Shown here: in pieces, positions 55,806-64,000 of the stretch | Position numbering within the stretch: the stretch's first letter is position 1 | Layout: each line of letters starts with the position of its first letter | DNA from: the human T2T-CHM13v2.0 reference genome, Homo sapiens | Direction: 5' to 3' (one strand) | DNA length: 64,000 nucleotides | Assembly (NCBI RefSeq): GCF_009914755.1 | Contig: NC_060933.1 | Made by a program: the position numbers and the translations under genes | The notes under the pieces: generated by a model | The model's input: the letters and a program-made list of their open reading frames with translations, nothing else | Told to the model about the DNA's origin: nothing | Database searches by the model: none

Positions 55806-58230
55806 ACCATCAATTATTCTTTTAGCTAAAGTCAAAGATTTGTGACCGAGTTTGGAGCAAAATCTGGTTTTGTAAGGAATACCTGTGGACTTCCATTCAT
55901 GAACCTAATCAACTTTCTTGGTGGTATTATTTCAATAGTCATACATAACAATATTTAACATACATGCACAGTCTCTAGAAAGAGGGCAAGACCCTACCCC
56001 TACGAATGCAAAAAAAAAAAAATGCTTAAAGACCTTTTATATTTACTTTATCACTTTGCCTCAATACTATTTCCCATGGACATGAATTATTTAGAGTAAA
56101 CTGGTTACTTCGGAATATGACACGGTTATCCATCCAAATTTAATCACTTCCATTACTTCAGATAAATTCCATTTTCTTCTTTCACCAGAAAGGTTCTTCC
56201 ATGTCAAGATGCGCTAAACCAAAGTCAAGACTAGGTCTTTGTATTTGACTGTTAGCTCCTCCTTCTCCTGGATGACTAACCTCACATCTAATTTTAATAT
56301 TCTAAAGTTTCAAATTCCTCATTTTCCCTAATAACATAATTTGTGTCTAATTTATGCCATAATATTCTTATCAAAGTACTTTCAAAGGTATAAAAATATA
56401 ATGAAATGTGATGGAATAACTCATAAAAAATAAAAGTAAATTTTAAATAGATAAAAATTAAATTAAGGCTTTTCTTAACAAGCTAACCCTTATAATAAAG
56501 TGTTATGTGAGGACAAAAATGAAGAGGAAACTCAAGTCATGACAGTATTATGTGAGTGTTTTGTAGCTATATTTAAGAGATATCACGGGTACTCAGAGCA
56601 GGTTTTTAGACCCAAATACGGTTTAACACCACCTAAATGATGCAGTAAAGCATTGCTCTTGTAAAACTAGATCATGGAAATACTGTATTATTTTCTATCT
56701 TCTGTAGAACTTGAAGAAATGTCAGAGCAAGGACATTAAATGTAGCCTTTGGTAAAAGCTAAAGCATTACTAAGTCCCCTCATTAAAACATAAAAATCCA
56801 AGCTCTCTTTTCAAGCCAGATGAAAATAAAAAATTGCTAATGTATTTTAGAGGGTTCAGAGTGATCAAAATGCATAAAAGAAACTTTTAAAACACAGGTA
56901 TTAAAAAGAATAAAGATTTTCATAGATATTTCAAAAGAAGAGAAAACTTGAAAAAAATCCATTAAGTAACACAAAAGTTTTGGCTGTGGTCTGTGTTATA
57001 CTAATACCTCAAAACAATTTTCAAAAGGCATTTATCTATATGATATATATTCCTAATACTATAAATTAATGTTTTTGAGTTTTACCTTAACAAATATAGA
57101 ATATCCTTAAGAATTTCAAAATTTAAAACAAATGTCTACCTTTCAATAGCAACAGAAGTTGTCTGATTTATTGCTGGGTCCAAAGGGAATTAATTAGTAA
57201 ACTTTCCTTCATCACTATTAGTTTGAAGTCAAGGGAAAGTAGACCTAGACCAGAGTATAGACCTGGAAAAAAAGAAAGTGTTGGAGGCATGAAAGAAACA
57301 TGAAAGAAATAAAGAATAATCTTCATTGAAACAAACCTGTCTTGTAATTTAAAAGAGATACTAGTAAGTTAAAAACAGGGTCATTTATTTTAGATGTTCT
57401 TTAGTGTGGATCAAAGTATGCAAAAGAAGGATTCAACTTTGAAGTTAAGTTTTCTGCTTTAATTCACATACTCATAAAGCTTTTCACTTTCAGTTTACCA
57501 TTTATATATTAAGTGATACTATGCAAGCACTCTGCTAATTGCTGCAAGCATATAACAGTAGATAAATATAAGTTTATTTTGTCTAAGAATTCACAGTCCA
57601 GCAAGAAGGTGGGGAAGAGAGATCCAATGACCAGTACAAATAGTTTCTGAAGTTATATACTGTACATTATGCCACATCGACAGGGATACTGTACTCCTCA
57701 TAGATATCATAAGTTTGTATATAAAAACAATTTTGGGCAGAAGACAACAAATTATCTTATTCTCATGACTCTAGCGGGTTTGTTTGCTTTTTCCTTCTTT
57801 TCAAATATAGGTATTGAAGGGCAGCAATTAGCAAGGGTACAGAACCACTAGCAGGAAACTTTCTTAATATAGTCAAAGATGGCTTATGATGATTAATTAA
57901 ATATGGCCCTAATTAAGTCTGGCCTTATCTTTTCATGCTCACAAACTTGATTAAATAAACAAAATCTCTAGTATTCCTTTAACGGTCAACTGAAAAAGAT
58001 ACCGACACTGATCATTAAAAGCAGTATGAAAGTGCATAGATTTATCTGGGCAACAGAAGTAACATGTGAATCAGAATATTTGCGTTTATAGAACCAGCAC
58101 ATTCCCTTCTTGCATGCACATTGACAAGTCATAATTAGCATATGGTTTGATGAGAATTAGAATAAGGGTGGTAACATAGATGAGTAACATATGTATTAGT
58201 AACAGGGCTAAGGTAGCCTAATGTGCATGC

Positions 58231-58275
<45 letters not shown>

Positions 58276-58295
58276 CACATATATAATATATATAT
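58231..58295. repeat. Compound (TA)n(TG)n microsatellite
   Basis: Direct reading of the sequence. Confidence 0.92.
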
Positions 58296-60529
58296 TTGCA
58301 ATTGGAATACTCTTGACATTGAGTCCATAATACTCAAAGATTACGACAAATGCCTAAGTACCCCTTGACAATTAGTGAGGTATCATTAAAGGAGCAGTAA
58401 TATCTGAAGTCTACTAAATTAATTTCCCTTTCATATTATATATATGTATATTAAATATATATTTGGACTTAAAATATATATATCTATTGGGATTGAAATA
58501 TAGAGGGTTAAAATGTGTATATTTAGATGGTCATTATCACCATTAGCCTCTCTGGCTCTTCTTTTTCTTGGTTTCCATTTGTCAACTCTTCTGGCTGACA
58601 CATATTGCATTTATATGTGTTAATACCTTCCCACTGGCCTCTGGTCAAACTGCTGGTTTTGTCACACATAAGATATGTGGCTGACATTTAAGTCATTTCA
58701 TATTGACTTTTAAGTTCGTGTCAGAGAACATATGGTCACCGAATTGGGGTGAGAGAAAGTTTATACAAAACTGAAGAATAATCCCAATATGTATTTCCTT
58801 TATTATTTTTTAATAAAGTGAAATATTATTATGGCTACTAGCAGCCTTATCCCTTCTTGTAGCAGTTATGACACTCTGAGTTTCTAGCTTATTTAAAATG
58901 GGGATTATATAGCAAGAAGAATAATGAAATTTTATGGAATAAGTTGTTTCACCACATATGGAAGTCAAGCAATATTTACTAACACAAAGCATAAGAAAGA
59001 AAAACAAAAACAGTTGTTATAAAGATTTGTATACCCAAAATATTACATTATCTTCCTAGTAGCCCACTTGGCCAATATATAACAAAAGTAGATGGAGAAA
59101 GGTGGCTAATGCTATCTTGTCTCAAAATGTTCCTCCTTTAAGTTTCCTTGACTTACGTTATCACTAATACTGAAATATTGGCCTTTAAAGATCTCACATT
59201 AATTGAACATTATATGTCAAAATAGACTGATGGCTATAACAAGGATGAGGAAAAATAAGAGTGGTGTCCCAAAGTATTTAGCTAGGCAAAAGAAATAATT
59301 ACCAAAAAAATTATAGAAATGCAGAACCAATTAAAAACATTTAAAACCACACTTTCTTGAGGTGGTAATTGGATTAATGGGAAATTTGACACACTTAATT
59401 AAACCCTTTTTCCCATATAAGGTTATTTCCATTTTTATTTTTATTAAGTCCCTATATAATTACTTATATTAATTATTAGAGGAACAGACATAGCAACAGC
59501 CACATTGTGGCATGAAATGCAAAATGTGCATGCTGTATTAAAATAGATCATAAGTTTTCAAAGAAATGTTATGCTTACAGTTGTTTGCTTTGACAGAAAC
59601 ATCTAATACCTCAAAGGTTGTGTACTTTTATTCCAATGGGTATTCCTCAGTAGAAAAAAATTCAGAAGGAAGTCTAGATAGCCTCCAAGGTCATATCTAG
59701 CAACAAACTTTAGATTTTTTTCAATAAAAAATATGCTTGTTTCAAGTGACAGAAATGCAAATAATACTTGTTTGAAAGAGAAGGAGCTCAGGAAAAATAC
59801 AGAGGAATATTAGTTTGAACTGTTGCTAGACATGGAAGCTACGCAGGGGACTCACTGTCATTTCTTCCCTTTGTTCTCAGGCCGCCTCTGTTTGTGTCTA
59901 GCAGCTCCAATTTTGTATCAGCTTTACTCCTACCTTCTATTTTCCAACCATTCCAATGAAATTCTCAGAATTAGACTTTTTTTTTTCTCTTGGCTTAGGT
60001 TTCATATCCATCCTTGAATGTGCCCAGGGGAAAGAACCACATAATTTGCTGAAGTGTGGGTTATGTGCCCATGTCTTGGCTGAGAGTGGCAATGAGTATG
60101 TACCTCTACAAAGGAAAATTCAGGTTCTATGTCCATCCTTCCCCCGGCTATTAGTTGATCCTGTAGAAAAGATTAATGAATGAATGATCAGTCTGCTTCC
60201 CTGTTCTTCAGTATTCTTACCTCTATCAAATTTTAAGTTAGAGTTCATTTTCTTTCAACAATGATGGTCACACAAATTAAAATACTGCCATTTCTCCTTG
60301 TCCAATGTACCATCATCTGGTGGACAAGAATTCTCCCAATGGGAAAAGAACTATATGTACATGATAAGATATTTCCGTCACTACCAGTTGCCTTCCAGAG
60401 TAACTCATCTTAGCACAAATACTCCTTTCAAAGCTTTGTAATATGGAACTGGTGCTTCAAACCTGGTACCCCCATGAATATTGATCTTAGAGTATGTAGT
60501 CAAAAAATCAAGAGAATAAAGCCCTAGTG

Positions 60530-60739
60530 CAGCCTTGTCCAGTGGAAATTTTTGTGATAATGGAAATTGTGTCTAATCTGTGCTGTCCTATATAGTAGTT
60601 ACTGGTCATATGTGGCTATTAAGAAATTGAAATATAACTAGTGTGATTGAGGAACTAAATTTTTTATTTAATTTCACTTTAATTAATTTAAATTTAAATA
60701 GCCCCACGTGGCTGATGGTTACATATTGAACAACAAAGC
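60530..60739. mobile_element. MER3-like hAT-Charlie DNA transposon
   Basis: TTGTCCAGTGGAAATTTTTGTGATAATGGAAAT...CATATGTGGCTATT...TTTAAATAGCCCCACGTGGCT. Confidence 0.8.
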
Positions 60740-61609
60740 TCCAGTCAACAAGCAACACGAGGACATGTCTCTACTGCTCACTGTTGCACTCCCATGTGGT
60801 GCCATTTCTGGAGTATAGCAGCACCTAATGTTTGTTGTTACTGTATACTGTTGTATACAAATATCTTTTATTCACATCTAGGTTAGATGTGGGGCATCTT
60901 TGTAAATATATTTGTATAAAGTGTATAATATATGTATAAATAGATGTACAAATGTTCAATACAGGTTAGATATACAAACACCCTATAAAAATACAGGGTC
61001 TTTCTTAGATGCCCAGAATGTTGTGATAGACAATAAAATAAATCAGTCTATTATAATCTATGAGTTGAGTAGTCTCAATTTAACAAAATATTCCCCTAGC
61101 AGAATATAATATGTACACCACCACCACCTTTAATAAGATCAATATTGATCCTTCAAATTTGGCAATGAAGAAAGAATACTCATGTAGAGGTACATGTTTA
61201 CACTTGTAGTTCCAATTCTTTTCCTCTGATAGACTATTTCTGACTCAATTATCACATACTTTATCTGCTAATGCATTAGCAAGGTGATAAACATGCTGTA
61301 TTTACCATTATTTTTCACTCTAATGACCTCTCACAATTGAAATTTGTTTAACACCAGAGTAGTTTTGGGGAGATGCTCTTTCCTCTTTATTGCACTGTCC
61401 TCTAATTGAACAGAGGATTGTTCTTTGATTACCCACTCTCGGAAAGGACTGAGGCATTGAAACAAGAGTATATACACCTTGGAGAATCAAAACCAAAATA
61501 AAGGAAGCAAACAAACAAACAAACCAAATCTGCTACCAAGAGGTGCCAATGATTAGATAATTGGTTTCACAAAGTGAGGTAGTTTGAACAAGGACTAAGA
61601 AAAAAAAAT

Positions 61610-61845
61610 GAATTGGAGAGTGCTTGGGTTTACATCTCGTTTGAATGTTCAAATGGGACTTAAGTATGAGACCTTTAGCAATTTCTTAGCCTCTCTATGC
61701 CTCAGTTTCTCCATCTGTAAACTGGGACTAATAAGTGTCCACCACATAGTAATGCAAGAATTAAATTTACTACATAGGATGAATTTTGAATAGTACCTGG
61801 TGGTAGTAAGTGTTTAATAAAGAGTAGCTATTATAATTATTATTA
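61610..61845 (+). mobile_element. MIR
   Basis: CCTCTCTATGCCTCAGTTTCTCCATCTGTAAACTGGG core. Confidence 0.8.
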
Positions 61846-62416
61846 ATGTTTTCAACATGATCAGAATATGGTCTCTATAGAGATGTTTCTCTGGCTAGTT
61901 TCTGGCATTTCTCTATGGAATGGAAATTATCTGCTCTTTCTAACCCTAGATTATACCCAAGCAGAACTGGATCCCTCTAAAGTCCAGAGCACAGACAATG
62001 AGGTCTGTTTCCCAAATTCCAGAATTCCTATCTGTTCCTCCCTCCCAAGATTAACATTGTTAATAATAGCAGCCTTTTAAGAGTGATTATTTTCCACTTT
62101 CTAAGATGCAGCCTTACCCCATGACTTCCATTAAACAACCATATGAGAATATTCAACTAACCTTCCAAAATTATAAACACAAAATCTATCTCCAAATATT
62201 TTTTGCAAGGGTTGCAAAGTTTACAAAGCGGCTACATATTCAATGCTCCTTTGACTTGATCTTTAAAACAGCCCGTGAGATAAGTAACAGCATATATGTT
62301 TCACAAAGAATACCAAAAATCAAAAGGCCAAGATATAGAGAAAGGCTTGGCATCACTATTGTAAAACAAGGTCTTCTGTTCCTGAGCCCAGGTCTTACAC
62401 ATCCAAGTGCAGAGGT

Positions 62417-62480
62417 GTTTTTTTGTTTTGTTTTTTTGTTTTGTTTTGTTTTTGTTTGTTTTTTTTTGTTTTTGTCTTTC
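62417..62480. repeat. T-rich (TTTTG)n simple repeat
   Basis: Direct reading of the sequence. Confidence 0.85.
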
Positions 62481-64000
62481 TAAACTTTAGACTTTCTGAT
62501 CATAAAATATAAGTGCTCTCAGTTAGTTTGTGGGGAAAACAAGAAATGAGTATGGTGATACTATAATTTACCCGGATACAAGGTCACTCACAAAATATGA
62601 AACACTGTGTATATTGCTATGAGTTGTTTTGCAGAACCTTAAAAATCCAAACAAAACTCTATAAACTTTTCAGGAATAAAAACATCAAGGTGCTCACTAT
62701 TCTATTGGGAAACATACAGTTTTAACTTCAGTCTACTTTAAATGAAAATAGTGAAAAGAAAAAAAAGATAATTAATTCCATTTTATTTTTTTTCTCTAAT
62801 GTCTTGTTTATGCTAGTGCCCAAAAACATGTGTTGTTACTATTGGAACTCAGAAGTTTGTATGCTTATTTCCATATCAACTATTGTTTTCTCATTGGGAA
62901 TAATTAATTTTCACTACTTCACTTTTATACTTATATTATTTTCTCACAGTTTCTTCTTCAATCTCAGATTCTTTAATTAGGGATTTTACTTAAAAGAGAA
63001 TGATAAAAGGAACAAAGAGATTTGATGTCAAAGCAAAGTACCTAACTGAAAAATATTCAAGTGAATTCTGTGTTTGTTATCTTAAAATAAAACTTCAAAG
63101 TAAATGGTGGAAGATATTTGGGCTCCTAACTTTTAAATATAAAAGCAAAAACAACAGAAAAAAGAAATGGTGAAAAGCCATGTGGATGAATAGTTATTTA
63201 TAATTGCACATGTTATTGCCTACTGGACTCTTTCTAGCTTTTCATTTATTTTCTTTCTGACTTTTTTACTTGGGTAGAGGGAGAATATAATTTCTGAATA
63301 GTGGGACATTATGAATAATTTCAGTACATTGCTTAAATATATTACATAAAAAGGTTTTCTTAATCAAAGGATATGATTGTGTGATACAATTGCTGACCCA
63401 CAGTACAGGACCTGGCTCCTAATGTTTAAAGATATCTGGTTACCATGACTATAATTACCATAATTTTACACCTATTAATTTTTTCTGTAGAATTAATTTC
63501 CATAACTTATGACTTGAAACAAAGACATCAGCCTTGTTCCATAGTTTCCAAGAGCAGAATTATTATAAACCTCATAAATGCCAAATGTTATTATTTTTTC
63601 TTTTTTGCTCTCTCTGAATCCTCCAAACTGGTTTCCTCTTGTTAAAATTCAAACAGCTGTGAAATGGTCAGGCGATTTCAAGACGAAAGTAAATGTGAAG
63701 TGACCTTCATCCATGCTGAACAAATAGAATATTATAAACATACTTTCCAGTTGAAGTTACACAAAGCAAATTAAGAAATACCTAGGGCTATAATTTACTA
63801 CAAAAATGTTTTTCAAATTTCTGACAGTTTCATTTAACTGACTAATTAAATTTGCTTGTAGGCATCTTAGAGATGGAGCCTAATAACTGCACTGTCAGTT
63901 GGGAAGAAAATGAAAATCACTTTTTTTGTAAGAAATATGTTTGTAATGGTCCAGGTCTCCTACTAAATATTTGACAAATATCTGTAAGTGGTTATGCCTA

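Overview
AT-rich primate (human or great-ape) genomic DNA, intergenic or deep intronic, made largely of transposable-element relics. I found no convincing host protein-coding exon, RNA gene or CpG island outside the young repeats. The dominant feature is a full-length (~6 kb) L1PA2-like LINE-1 at 5420-11454. It has an intact 338-aa ORF1, an ORF2 broken by several frameshifts and stops, and an ORF0 truncated by an 8-bp duplication. Its 18-bp target-site duplication also encloses a ~78-bp 3' transduction with its own AATAAA and second poly(A). Other contents are solo LTRs (LTR13, two MLT2A, MSTA, MLT2B, MLT1s, LTR16, two MER67, MER90-like), nine Alus, many older L1 fragments, L2, MIR, a MADE1 MITE hairpin, MER3 and microsatellites. 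There is also a five-copy 115-135 bp tandem repeat with an embedded (GA)n inside the MLT2B LTR. Subfamily names come from remembered consensus sequences and need RepeatMasker/Dfam confirmation. I see no evidence of a new biological system. The best leads are the L1 transduction, the nested VNTR, an apparent internally deleted L1 and the MADE1 hairpin.
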